A DNA stretch of 64,000 nt from an uncultured Eubacteriales bacterium (GTDB lineage: Bacteria > Acidobacteriota > Aminicenantia > Aminicenantales > Aminicenantaceae), in NCBI GenBank assembly GCA_964410125.1, contig CAYPGQ010000005.1, positions 21,395 to 85,394 on the forward strand, in the 5' to 3' direction. The position numbers were made by a program, and so were the translations under genes. The notes under the pieces were generated by a model. It was not told the DNA's origin. It saw nothing but the letters and a program-made list of their open reading frames with translations, and searched no databases. Shown here in pieces: positions 50,802 to 59,419 of this stretch. How positions within the stretch are numbered: the first letter of the stretch is position 1; each line of letters starts with the position of its first letter.

Positions 50802-51824
50802 TTACTTCAAATGTGGGTAGGAATCAGTATATTTCCATGCAGGATCGTAAAAGAACATTAGAAATATTTTGTTCTTAACCTTCTTAGCCATTTTAAGACA
50901 TGCCATTAGGGTCAAGCAGGAGCTTCTACCAACGAGTTGTTCTTCTATTCCATGCAGAAGTTTTTCACCTTCTTTATAAGTGTCTTGTGGGAGTAGAATA
51001 AAATCATCTATTATATCTAAATTAATATCTAATTTCTCTGGAGGCAAACCGAATGGCGCGATTCCGTATATCTCATGAATAAGTTTTTCGCGGTCTAACA
51101 CTTCCCCTTTTGCTTTTAGTGTTTGAATCATAGGAAGCTCAGAAGGTTCCACAACAATAACTTTTTCTGAATTCAGAGTTGCCTTCAGATATTCTCCACT
51201 CCCACTTATAGTGGTACCTGACCCTACAACTCCTACATGAAAGTCAGGCATTACACCATAATTCTTTTTAATAATAAACAAAGTATCCTGCATAAGTTTA
51301 TGAAAAGCCTTTTTAGCACTTGGGCTTATTTTAGTAACACAGTATAGCCGATGAGGATTCTCTCCGATTTTTCCGCCCTTTTTTACTTTGTCCTCATTTA
51401 AAATTTCCTCTAACTTTTTGACATAGCCTTTTGCATATTCACCAGCAGGAGAAAAGACTACTTCGCAACCATATTCTTTTATCTGCTCTACTCTTGCCTG
51501 AGGGGTGTCTTTGTGGGTAATGACTGTGCACTTTTTGTATCCCAGTAAGGTCGCACATTTTGCAAATGCGGCTCCTGCATTCCCCGTGCTGGCTTCTATC
51601 ACTGGTGTAATACCTGCTACAATATATCCTTTCTCCTCAGCCTCCTGAAACAAAATTGGATAAATCCTGTCAAATGTGCTCCCCGTAGGATTCTTCCATT
51701 CTTCAATTGCGAATATCCTGTTTCTATTAGGTATTTCTATCTTCTTGATTTCATATACCGAGGCGCGAATTACACTTATCTCTTTATACAGTTTTTCTCT
51801 ACTTTCAGGTAACATTGTCTTCAC
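50802..51824 (-). CDS. Cysteine synthase-fold (PLP fold type II) protein lacking the Schiff-base lysine
   Basis: Aligns to the CysK/threonine synthase signature across NPTGSTFDRI (canonical NPSFSVKCRIG / NPTGSFKDRG), ASTGNAG (TSGNTG) and GVVGSGTTISG (GVGTGGT). The PLP lysine position is Phe. It overlaps the SBP gene by 4 nt. Confidence 0.6.
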   Translation of the reverse strand: MKTMLPESREKLYKEISVIRASVYEIKKIEIPNRNRIFAIEEWKNPTGSTFDRIYPILFQEAEEKGYIVAGITPVIEASTGNAGAAFAKCATLLGYKKCTVITHKDTPQARVEQIKEYGCEVVFSPAGEYAKGYVKKLEEILNEDKVKKGGKIGENPHRLYCVTKISPSAKKAFHKLMQDTLFIIKKNYGVMPDFHVGVVGSGTTISGSGEYLKATLNSEKVIVVEPSELPMIQTLKAKGEVLDREKLIHEIYGIAPFGLPPEKLDINLDIIDDFILLPQDTYKEGEKLLHGIEEQLVGRSSCLTLMACLKMAKKVKNKIFLMFFYDPAWKYTDSYPHLK

Positions 51825-52942
51825 TCTCCCACTTCTACAAATTGTCCATTTTTTATCGTTTTGAGCATTACTTGTGCTATGATATCTCCGTTCTTATCAA
51901 AACTTATAGGCCCGATCGCACCCGGAAATTTTTTAAGTGAGTACAAACCTTTTTTTATATCCTCAGAACTCCCGCTAGAAGTGGCAATTACTTCATACAA
52001 TACTCTAATTGCATCATATCCAAGAGCAGAAAAGAGATCGGGAACTTCACCATATTTCTTTTGGTACTTTTCAGAGAAGCTTTTTGCTACCTTTAATGTT
52101 TTCGGAGTGAATTTCTGCATCGTGTATATAACGCCTTCAGCTGCATTACCAGCTATTTTTATCACTTCCGGGGATTCAATCCCTATAGTGCTAAAAATTC
52201 TATCTTGAAATCCCAATTCCTTTGCCTGTCTGAGAAAATGAGCCATTTCTAATGAATGACCGATAAGATAAACTCCGTCATAGTGAGATTGTCGTAACTT
52301 TGCAATAACTGTCCGAAAATCAGATGTTCCCTGCTCATACCCCTCAGAATAACCGATGCTACCTCCCACTGACTCATATTTTTTCTTAAAAACCTCAAAG
52401 TTACCTGCACCATAGTCTGTATTCACAAAAATCACAGCCAATTTGCTTATCTTATATGTCTTAATAGCTTCTTCCGCCATTGCCTCAACTTCTAACTTTC
52501 CACTTAATCTTAATCTAAAAATATTCTCTCCGGCTTCTGTAATAAGTGGACTGGTGGCACCTGAAGATAAAAAGACAACCTTTTCTTGCTCCGCTATTGG
52601 TGCACAGGCCATAACAATAGAACTTCCCACCCCCCCGGTTACCGCCGCCACTTTCTCCGCTCGAATCAGCTTGTTAAAAGCACTTACCCCTGCCTGAGGG
52701 TTTGTTTGAGAATCTTGAACAATAAGTTCTACCTCTATAGGCTTATTCTGATTAATCTCTTCTACTGCAATTTGCATTCCCTTGTAGTTTCGTTCGCCTT
52801 GTGGAGCTAGTGGGCCTGTTAAGGGTAATATCACCCCAATCTTTATCTCCCCTTGCTCTTTCTTTGTCTGGGTGACAAAGAACACGATGGCTAAAGCCAC
52901 AACCACCACGACACCGATTCCGATCCATATGTTCCGTTTCAT
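51821..52942 (-). CDS. ABC transporter substrate-binding protein (LivK / Peripla_BP_6-like)
   Basis: N-terminal TM/signal, then IKIGVILPLTGPLAPQG typical of branched-chain amino acid/amide binding proteins. Confidence 0.75.
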   Translation of the reverse strand: MKRNIWIGIGVVVVVALAIVFFVTQTKKEQGEIKIGVILPLTGPLAPQGERNYKGMQIAVEEINQNKPIEVELIVQDSQTNPQAGVSAFNKLIRAEKVAAVTGGVGSSIVMACAPIAEQEKVVFLSSGATSPLITEAGENIFRLRLSGKLEVEAMAEEAIKTYKISKLAVIFVNTDYGAGNFEVFKKKYESVGGSIGYSEGYEQGTSDFRTVIAKLRQSHYDGVYLIGHSLEMAHFLRQAKELGFQDRIFSTIGIESPEVIKIAGNAAEGVIYTMQKFTPKTLKVAKSFSEKYQKKYGEVPDLFSALGYDAIRVLYEVIATSSGSSEDIKKGLYSLKKFPGAIGPISFDKNGDIIAQVMLKTIKNGQFVEVGE

Positions 52943-53019
52943 AATTCACTGCCTCCTTATTTCAAAAATTTCATCTTCCGCATTTTAGAATCTTTCAAAT
53001 TTCCAATTATATTATTAAG

Positions 53020-53562
53020 TCAATGATCCTGGGCCATAATTCCGACTTTTCTCAACTGTTCCTTAAGATATTGCTCACTCCTGTTCAATATACCCTTGAA
53101 GTGTTTCCGAACCACAATATCAAATTTAGGACAAAGTTGACTTTCCAAATCCTTCATCCGGTTAGGCCTTAAACTTTCAATCAACATCTCTCTTGTTGGG
53201 ATTTCATCCATCGGGATTTTCGCAAGAATCCAGTTTTCAAGAGGGGCAAGACGTAAGACTGCTATAACAGGTTGGTAGCCATCGTGAGTACGGTCACGAA
53301 GAGCCTGCACATTATCAGTGGTGAGAGGAATTGATAATTTCTCTGTGGTTTTTACCTCAACTGCAAACTTTTGATTAGATTCCGATGTTATATCAATATC
53401 AACTCCTTGCACGCCTCGTTCTACAATATTAGTAAAGCCCATTTCATGGAAGCTGAGAGCCAGTAGTTTTTGTACAATTTTGCCAAAAGGTCCAGATGGT
53501 GTACCTTTGATTCCAAACTTTTTCTGCAACTTCTGTAAAAGTTCAAGAGTTTCTACTTTCAT
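53020..53562 (-). CDS. Small PD-(D/E)xK-fold nuclease-like protein
   Basis: GVDIDITSESNQKFAVEVKT matches the D-x(n)-E-x-K restriction-endonuclease-like core. Its start is 3 nt after the upstream ATPase stop. Confidence 0.4.
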   Translation of the reverse strand: MKVETLELLQKLQKKFGIKGTPSGPFGKIVQKLLALSFHEMGFTNIVERGVQGVDIDITSESNQKFAVEVKTTEKLSIPLTTDNVQALRDRTHDGYQPVIAVLRLAPLENWILAKIPMDEIPTREMLIESLRPNRMKDLESQLCPKFDIVVRKHFKGILNRSEQYLKEQLRKVGIMAQDH

Positions 53563-53564
53563 AA

Positions 53565-55742
53565 TTATATTTCCTTCGAAATTTTCGGGCCGGAATCCGG
53601 TGCCCAGTCCGAAAGCTTATATATAGTTTTGACTTTGGTAATATTATCCTTTAAAAGCTGTTGCATTTCAGCATCCATAGTAGAGACTGTAATGTTTTTT
53701 ATATCGCTGAGTTCATTAAAGATTTCTACAAGACGAGCTTTTTGCTGTGAATCTAAACTTTGCGATGAGTCGTCCATCAAGATAAATCCGAGAGGATGAG
53801 AATCTCCAGATGCTTTAGTCAAACCTAAGAAAATAGACAAAGCAAGGCTATTCAGGTCTCCTTGACTTAGAACAGGAATGGGTCTCTTGCCGTCTTGGTC
53901 TTCGAAAATATAAAAGTTTCCGCCAGTTTTTTTATCCTCATCTACTTTAATATTGAGTGTTTGAAAAGCCGGGTTGTTGGTTATTCTACGAAAGTAGCGG
54001 CCAATTGCACTCCTGGCTGAATCAATTTTTTCTTCTGCTTCCTTTAGCATACAAGATTTGATAATTTTACTAAGTTCTTCCACGTCTCTTACTAGATTTG
54101 AGACATCGGTTCTGATTTTCTCTTGTTTCTGGTATTCATTGGTTTTTTGAATTTGGTTTATTTCTTCGAGTTTATTCTTAAATAGCAAAATATCATAAAG
54201 TAAGTTCATTATATCTGTTTTTTCTAAAATGGCGTCAATTGTAACTTGCTTATTCTTAATAGCATCTGCAATCTCTTTTAAACGTGAATCAATGTTTTTT
54301 ATTTCTATGGATAATATTGCAGCAGGATCATCCTTATCAGTCAACTCTTTATGTAGAAATTCTGAGATATTATTGATTGCCTTCTTTAATTCCTCTTTTT
54401 CTCTTCTAGCGTCTTTCTCTAAGTGGACAAGTTCCTTCTTCAATCTTTCAAAATCGGTTTTCTTTTTGTCTAATTCTGCCTGTTGTTTTTCTAACTCCTG
54501 CACTTGGGCTGTAATTTTTTCCTCCCATTCCTTTCGTAAATGCTCAAGCAAATTGGACACCTTTTCTCCGCATAAGGGACAAATGTCAGCATCAGAGGGA
54601 GCAGCTAATTTCAGAATGGAAATACCTTCTTCAATCAATTTCGCTTTCGGGCTTATTCGCTTAATTTCTTTATTAATAGCATCAATCTCTTCAAATGCTT
54701 TTCTTATTTTATTGTCGATTTCATCTTTGTTGCCATTTTCTTGTTCAAAATCCTGAAGTTCCTTCTTCTTTGATTTAAGATTCAGGTATTGAGTCTCATA
54801 TTTACTTTTGAATGAAACCATTTCGCTTCTCTTCCTTTGTTTTTCTGATTGTTCTTTCACGTCGGGAGATTCTGCCCAAAGACGGCTGCACTCATTCTTA
54901 ATATCGGTAATAAATGACTCGGTATTTTTCCAATCAGAAGGAGGAGAAATTGCCGTTGTTGTAAGTCCCAATAGTCGGGCAAAGTTACCAATGTCTTTTA
55001 TGGTTGATTCTACCAGTTCAAGCAGTTTATTTTCGTTTAATTCTTCTTCACTCAGTCCCTTCTCTTTGGCTTTATCTCTTTTATTATCCAGGTCTTTTTG
55101 CCTTATCTTTATCCCTTCTTGTACACGGGTCTGAAATTTATTAAATTCTTCTGTAAGCTCTTTCTGAAGCTTTAAGACGTCAGACTTCTTAATACCATCA
55201 AGAATATTCCGATAATCTGATAAACCTAAGAGGCGGTCCATTACAGCACTCTGTTCGCTTGGTTTTTGTATCACAAAGTCGTGGATAGTCTCCTGGTGTT
55301 GATATACGGTAGTAGCAAAGTCTTTGAATGAAACCCGAAGTAACTTTGCTATTTCTTGGTCACCCTCGTCTCCTTCTTTCTCTGTTCCATTTGGCAAAGA
55401 TATTTTTATACTTTTGCCTTTTTTGCCTTTTCCCTTGGCTTCGGCTCGAGTAATAGTAAAGATTCCCTGTTCTCCCTCGATTTTCAAATTTACCTTGGCC
55501 TTCTCAGAATTATCATTCACAACTCTCCAGGCCATCTCACCTGTGCCTACACGTTCACGAATTCCAGATTTTTCACCAATGCACTCATCTCCATACAAAC
55601 ACCATTCAATTGCATTTAATACACTACTCTTACCTTGATGATTTCCCCCATGTAGTAAAGTAACGGGATTTTCGAATTCGATAGAGGTTTTTTGAGTAAA
55701 TCCTCTGAATCCTTCTATTTCTACTTTTTTAATCTTTAACAT
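53565..55742 (-). CDS. Compact Rad50/SbcC-like ABC ATPase with coiled coil and a CxxC zinc hook
   Basis: N-terminal EIEGFRGF...HGGNHQGKSSVLNAIEWCLYG (Walker A). A central coiled coil with ICPLCGEK at its midpoint. C-terminal signature LSQGDLNSLALSIF and Walker B FILMDDSSQSLD. Confidence 0.6.
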   Translation of the reverse strand: MLKIKKVEIEGFRGFTQKTSIEFENPVTLLHGGNHQGKSSVLNAIEWCLYGDECIGEKSGIRERVGTGEMAWRVVNDNSEKAKVNLKIEGEQGIFTITRAEAKGKGKKGKSIKISLPNGTEKEGDEGDQEIAKLLRVSFKDFATTVYQHQETIHDFVIQKPSEQSAVMDRLLGLSDYRNILDGIKKSDVLKLQKELTEEFNKFQTRVQEGIKIRQKDLDNKRDKAKEKGLSEEELNENKLLELVESTIKDIGNFARLLGLTTTAISPPSDWKNTESFITDIKNECSRLWAESPDVKEQSEKQRKRSEMVSFKSKYETQYLNLKSKKKELQDFEQENGNKDEIDNKIRKAFEEIDAINKEIKRISPKAKLIEEGISILKLAAPSDADICPLCGEKVSNLLEHLRKEWEEKITAQVQELEKQQAELDKKKTDFERLKKELVHLEKDARREKEELKKAINNISEFLHKELTDKDDPAAILSIEIKNIDSRLKEIADAIKNKQVTIDAILEKTDIMNLLYDILLFKNKLEEINQIQKTNEYQKQEKIRTDVSNLVRDVEELSKIIKSCMLKEAEEKIDSARSAIGRYFRRITNNPAFQTLNIKVDEDKKTGGNFYIFEDQDGKRPIPVLSQGDLNSLALSIFLGLTKASGDSHPLGFILMDDSSQSLDSQQKARLVEIFNELSDIKNITVSTMDAEMQQLLKDNITKVKTIYKLSDWAPDSGPKISKEI

Positions 55743-55754
55743 CGTCTACCTTCA

Positions 55755-55940
55755 TCATAGCGTTTTTTCAAGATTCTCAAGTAGTTGTTCATAATCCTTT
55801 TTGATTTTATCTATTCGAGAGTTGAGCGTTGATTTTATCTGCTCAACTCCACCTTGTTCATAGGATTCGCATATTTCTTGCCAGAGATTTCTCAATTTCT
55901 CTTCTTTTATTTCTTTTTGAACTTTTTCTTTATAGGTCAT
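55755..55940 (-). CDS. Small (61 aa) charged coiled-coil protein
   Basis: Short ORF 12 nt upstream of the ATPase gene. Helical, K/E-rich. Confidence 0.3.
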   Translation of the reverse strand: MTYKEKVQKEIKEEKLRNLWQEICESYEQGGVEQIKSTLNSRIDKIKKDYEQLLENLEKTL

Positions 55941-55997
55941 AGATTTCTCCTTTATCTCTTAATTTGTAGCTCCAATTGATAATTATCAGCGATTTCA

Positions 55998-56010
55998 TAA
56001 CACCGTGTTA
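55998..56010. promoter_or_regulatory. Perfect 6-1-6 palindrome TAACAC-C-GTGTTA upstream of the small-protein / Rad50-like ATPase operon
   Basis: Read directly from the sequence. Partner site at 45298..45310. Confidence 0.25.
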
Positions 56011-56034
56011 TGTGATAGGCAATCAATTTCAATT

Positions 56035-56625
56035 TTAATCCCTCTTTCGACAAATATGATTCATCTTTTTTTGGAAATTATCTCTAAGGTTTGTATTTCT
56101 TTCATCTTTTAATTGTTCAAGGTAATGATAAAAATCGTCTTTAAGTTTTTTATGAAATTCAGTTCTGTTGATAACCATTTTATTATTGATATTTTGAACG
56201 AGTGGACCAATAGAACAAACTAAAGAATCACTTTGTATTTCAGCTTGGTGTAGAATTCCACATCTATAATTCTTGTAGAATCGCATTGCCATATCCTGTG
56301 AAAAATACTTTTTGAAAGATGGACTTGTTGTTAAGAATTTTTTAAACGCTTTTTCAGATTTATTCTTTGTAGTTTTCCACCCTTCAATAAATGATTGTAG
56401 TGTTTCAATTAACAGACAATCGATAGATAATATTGTAAATCCATATTTCTTTTCTTTGGACAGTTTATTTTTTTCTTTTTCTATTAATAAATCTACTGGT
56501 TCAAAATATCTGTTCTCTATTCTCATATTTAATATTTCTATGGCTCGGTTCCAGTCAGGACTGGATAAATCATTTAAATTCAATCTGAGCCATTCGTTAT
56601 GCTGTATTCCTGGAGCAATTTCCAA
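56035..56625 (-). CDS. Hypothetical protein (196 aa)
   Basis: ORF in the AT-rich island. No recognisable motifs. Confidence 0.35.
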   Translation of the reverse strand: MEIAPGIQHNEWLRLNLNDLSSPDWNRAIEILNMRIENRYFEPVDLLIEKEKNKLSKEKKYGFTILSIDCLLIETLQSFIEGWKTTKNKSEKAFKKFLTTSPSFKKYFSQDMAMRFYKNYRCGILHQAEIQSDSLVCSIGPLVQNINNKMVINRTEFHKKLKDDFYHYLEQLKDERNTNLRDNFQKKMNHICRKRD

Positions 56626-56757
56626 ATATATTCCTCCCTATTGAGTGCCTTTCATATAACGTTCCTAGCATAAAACAAGTTTTTGTAAATTAAATATATG
56701 GGTGAGTACCACCAGGCATGAACCTTTTGTGCTATGTTAGGCGATGTCCACACCCTC

Positions 56758-58236
56758 TTATGCTCCAAGAACCCATTGGACTGTGAGTTCCTTTTCATCA
56801 AAGAGACTCTTCGCAGTCGTAGCATCGTCTTTTGCAAGACGTGCAGCAATTTCACCTGACGGATCAGGGTCGTCCCATATCTTGTGGTCGAATATCTTCT
56901 TGACAAATCGTCTGAAGTAATTGAATTCCTCATCTGGAATGACACGGTAGAAAAAGAGCGCTCTCTCTTCGTCTGTATAATTTTTCAGGTGTATATTAAT
57001 TGCATCTCTCAATAGAATAGCCCAAGCCCTCACGGCTCCCGCGCTAAAGATTCTTTCAGCTTTTTTGTGCACAGCATCAGCACGTTCAGGCGCCCACTTA
57101 TCTTCTAATCCTTCTTCAGCGATAATAGTCATAAGTTTGACTAGATTGCGCTTTTCGTCCTTTCGAAAGTCGGTATCGGATTCGAATTCTTCATCAACGG
57201 GCGGCGACACCAGCATGTGTTGAAAAAAAGTCTTTTTTATTCGAGCAAATGTCAAGGGTTGCTTTCGACCTCTGTGCTTCTCTGATAGATACCTTGACAA
57301 CTTGTTTGACTCATCGTTTACTATTTCATTGTACAAAGCTAGTGCGATTTCATTTCTAGCTTGTGCCCATGTCTTTTGCTTTGAGTGGAAGAGGAAATTG
57401 TAGAAACCTAATTCCGACTTTTCTCCTTCCGTATCCATATATTCTATCCAGTCCTCTCCAAAGATATCGGCATATTTCTGCATCAATTCATGAGAATAAA
57501 ATGACATTTGTCTGTATGGCCCGTGTGCATCAAGATTGGTTTCCTTTAGCAATCTCTTGTCTGGGGTGATGTATATTTTACATTCTATCATTGGACGCCC
57601 AGCCCAAATTTGAGCTGCTGCTTTATGTTGTCCGTCGAAGAGATAAAGAGTGCCACTTTCATCGATTCTACAAATTGAGGGGGATATCTGTGTGTTAATT
57701 TGAAAGTGCCGATATAACTTCCATAAATTTGGCTCTCGTAGGGGGCGGGGTTGTAACTCAATGTCATTTCCGATGTATTCAACTGGTAATGTTCCGTAGA
57801 AATATTTCCAATTGGTTGTTGCGCATATGTAAAGTGGAAAGTCATGCCTGGAATCCTTATAAAATAGGCTGATATGCTCTTCTTTGATTTCGTAGCTGAG
57901 TCGTTCTCCACAATGCCCCTTTTTATGACGGATTAAATCGTCAAGAAATTTAGGCTCCCCACCTTCGAAAAATGCCGCGAGTTCTATCTTGTCACGATAC
58001 TCTTGAAGGCTCATTGTACCAATCGTGCGATGGTGACGTTTGCAAACGGGAGCAATATTATCCAAGCTAGTTGGACCACCTGAGGAAAATGGTTTAATGT
58101 GATGAAATTCGATAGACGCATCCTCAGGAATAGGTTCCCCGTCAACAAAGCACCTTCGCTCATGCTGATCGAGAACCTTTTGCTTTTCAGTTTCTGAGAG
58201 CTGTCTTTTTTTGGCCATTTCTTCCCTCCTTTTCAT
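56758..58236 (-). CDS. HNH endonuclease domain fused to a DGQHR / ParB-like (DUF262-like) domain
   Basis: N-terminal CFVDG...HHIKPFSSGG...LDNIAPVCKRHH (HNH). Mid-protein LYLFDGQHKAAAQIWAGR, a DGQHR-type ParB/DndB-like motif. Confidence 0.5.
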   Translation of the reverse strand: MKRREEMAKKRQLSETEKQKVLDQHERRCFVDGEPIPEDASIEFHHIKPFSSGGPTSLDNIAPVCKRHHRTIGTMSLQEYRDKIELAAFFEGGEPKFLDDLIRHKKGHCGERLSYEIKEEHISLFYKDSRHDFPLYICATTNWKYFYGTLPVEYIGNDIELQPRPLREPNLWKLYRHFQINTQISPSICRIDESGTLYLFDGQHKAAAQIWAGRPMIECKIYITPDKRLLKETNLDAHGPYRQMSFYSHELMQKYADIFGEDWIEYMDTEGEKSELGFYNFLFHSKQKTWAQARNEIALALYNEIVNDESNKLSRYLSEKHRGRKQPLTFARIKKTFFQHMLVSPPVDEEFESDTDFRKDEKRNLVKLMTIIAEEGLEDKWAPERADAVHKKAERIFSAGAVRAWAILLRDAINIHLKNYTDEERALFFYRVIPDEEFNYFRRFVKKIFDHKIWDDPDPSGEIAARLAKDDATTAKSLFDEKELTVQWVLGA

Positions 58237-58340
58237 TTTTCATATGTTATGGAGTGAATGTTGCCTAACCATTATGCGAAAAAGAAACTACTATTTTCCC
58301 CTGTTGTATATCTTTGCCGATTTTTAGATTTGCCATAAAT

Positions 58341-58556
58341 TTATATTATTAGTTCCTTCCAACTTACATTTAATGCTTTGGCGATTTTTGCAACTGTCTG
58401 AACAGAAGATTTTTTAACAACATTGGACTCTAATTTTGTTAAAGTGGTATAAGGAATGTCGGCTTTTCTTGCAAGTCTATCTTGTTTAAGTTCTTTTTTC
58501 TCCCGAAATTTTTTTACATTATCTACAATCATATTTGTAATTGATATTGTTTCCAA
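58341..58556 (-). CDS. XRE-family helix-turn-helix transcriptional regulator (71 aa)
   Basis: LKQDRLARKADIPYTTLTKLESN is a typical HTH_3 segment. The size resembles RM controller or cI-like proteins. Confidence 0.7.
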   Translation of the reverse strand: METISITNMIVDNVKKFREKKELKQDRLARKADIPYTTLTKLESNVVKKSSVQTVAKIAKALNVSWKELII

Positions 58557-58796
58557 TTTTTGATTGTAAATTTAGGGTAACCCCCTCTGACATTCAATAT
58601 TATACCAAATCCAAAAATAATTTGCAGCAAATTTTTGATCCCAGTTTAAAATTGATGGGCAAATATTGCCCCCACCCAAAATTTACCAAAAAAAGAAATC
58701 TGCGGGGAAAAGAATTTTGTTTTTTCTTCCTGCTTTATCCCAAAAAGGGGAGGCAGGCTCGGAGTGCAGGAAATAGCAGACAGCCAAAGTCTAATA

Positions 58797-58873
58797 TGGT
58801 CGGGACGGGCGGATTTGAACCGCCGACCCCACGCACCCCAAGCGTGTGCGCTACCAGACTGCGCCACGTCCCG
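58797..58873 (-). tRNA. tRNA-Pro (anticodon GGG), CCA encoded
   Basis: The minus-strand sequence CGGGACG-TG-GCGC-AGTCTGGTA-GCGC-A-CACGC-TTGGGGT-GCGTG-GGGTC-GGCGG-TTCAAAT-CCGCC-CGTCCCG-A-CCA folds into a canonical cloverleaf with anticodon GGG and G37. Confidence 0.8.
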
Positions 58874-58933
58874 ACCAAAAGGACCATTTATTATAACAAA
58901 GATTGGAAATCAAGCAAGTGTGGGATGAAGCTT

Positions 58934-59287
58934 TTATTTTTTCTCAAGAGATGTAGCAAGGTCTTTCAACTGCTGCCTGACATCATAAAGGGCTTTTCTC
59001 AGCCGATCGGAGTGGACAGATGTTGAACTTTTCAAACCGAATTCTTCCTCGATGCGCCTTTTTGCTCCAGCAAGAGTTAAGCCTTGTGTATCGACGAGCT
59101 CCTTCAGACGGAGGATGATAGCCAAGTCTTTTTTCCTGAAAATCTTGTGCCCTGTGGCTGTCTGGCCGGCATGGATGAAATAAAATTCTTTCTCCCAGTT
59201 GTCGATGACCTTTGGGTCCAGTTTAGTTATGCGACTGATCTCATCCAGCTTGTATACAAGCTTTTCAGGAATGTTTTCACTTTTCAT
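58934..59287 (-). CDS. MerR-family transcriptional regulator
   Basis: N-terminal YKLDEISRITKLDPKVIDNWEKEF HTH and a C-terminal coiled coil. Confidence 0.6.
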   Translation of the reverse strand: MKSENIPEKLVYKLDEISRITKLDPKVIDNWEKEFYFIHAGQTATGHKIFRKKDLAIILRLKELVDTQGLTLAGAKRRIEEEFGLKSSTSVHSDRLRKALYDVRQQLKDLATSLEKK

Positions 59288-59419
59288 CTGAGTCTAACCC
59301 TGGGCCGATGGGTGTACCAGCTTGTAAAATAACATGGATTCTCCTGTTCGTCAAGGTAAAGGAAATTCCCCATTTATATTGATATCTGGTATAATTCCTG
59401 CGGAAGGATAATCGGGAGC

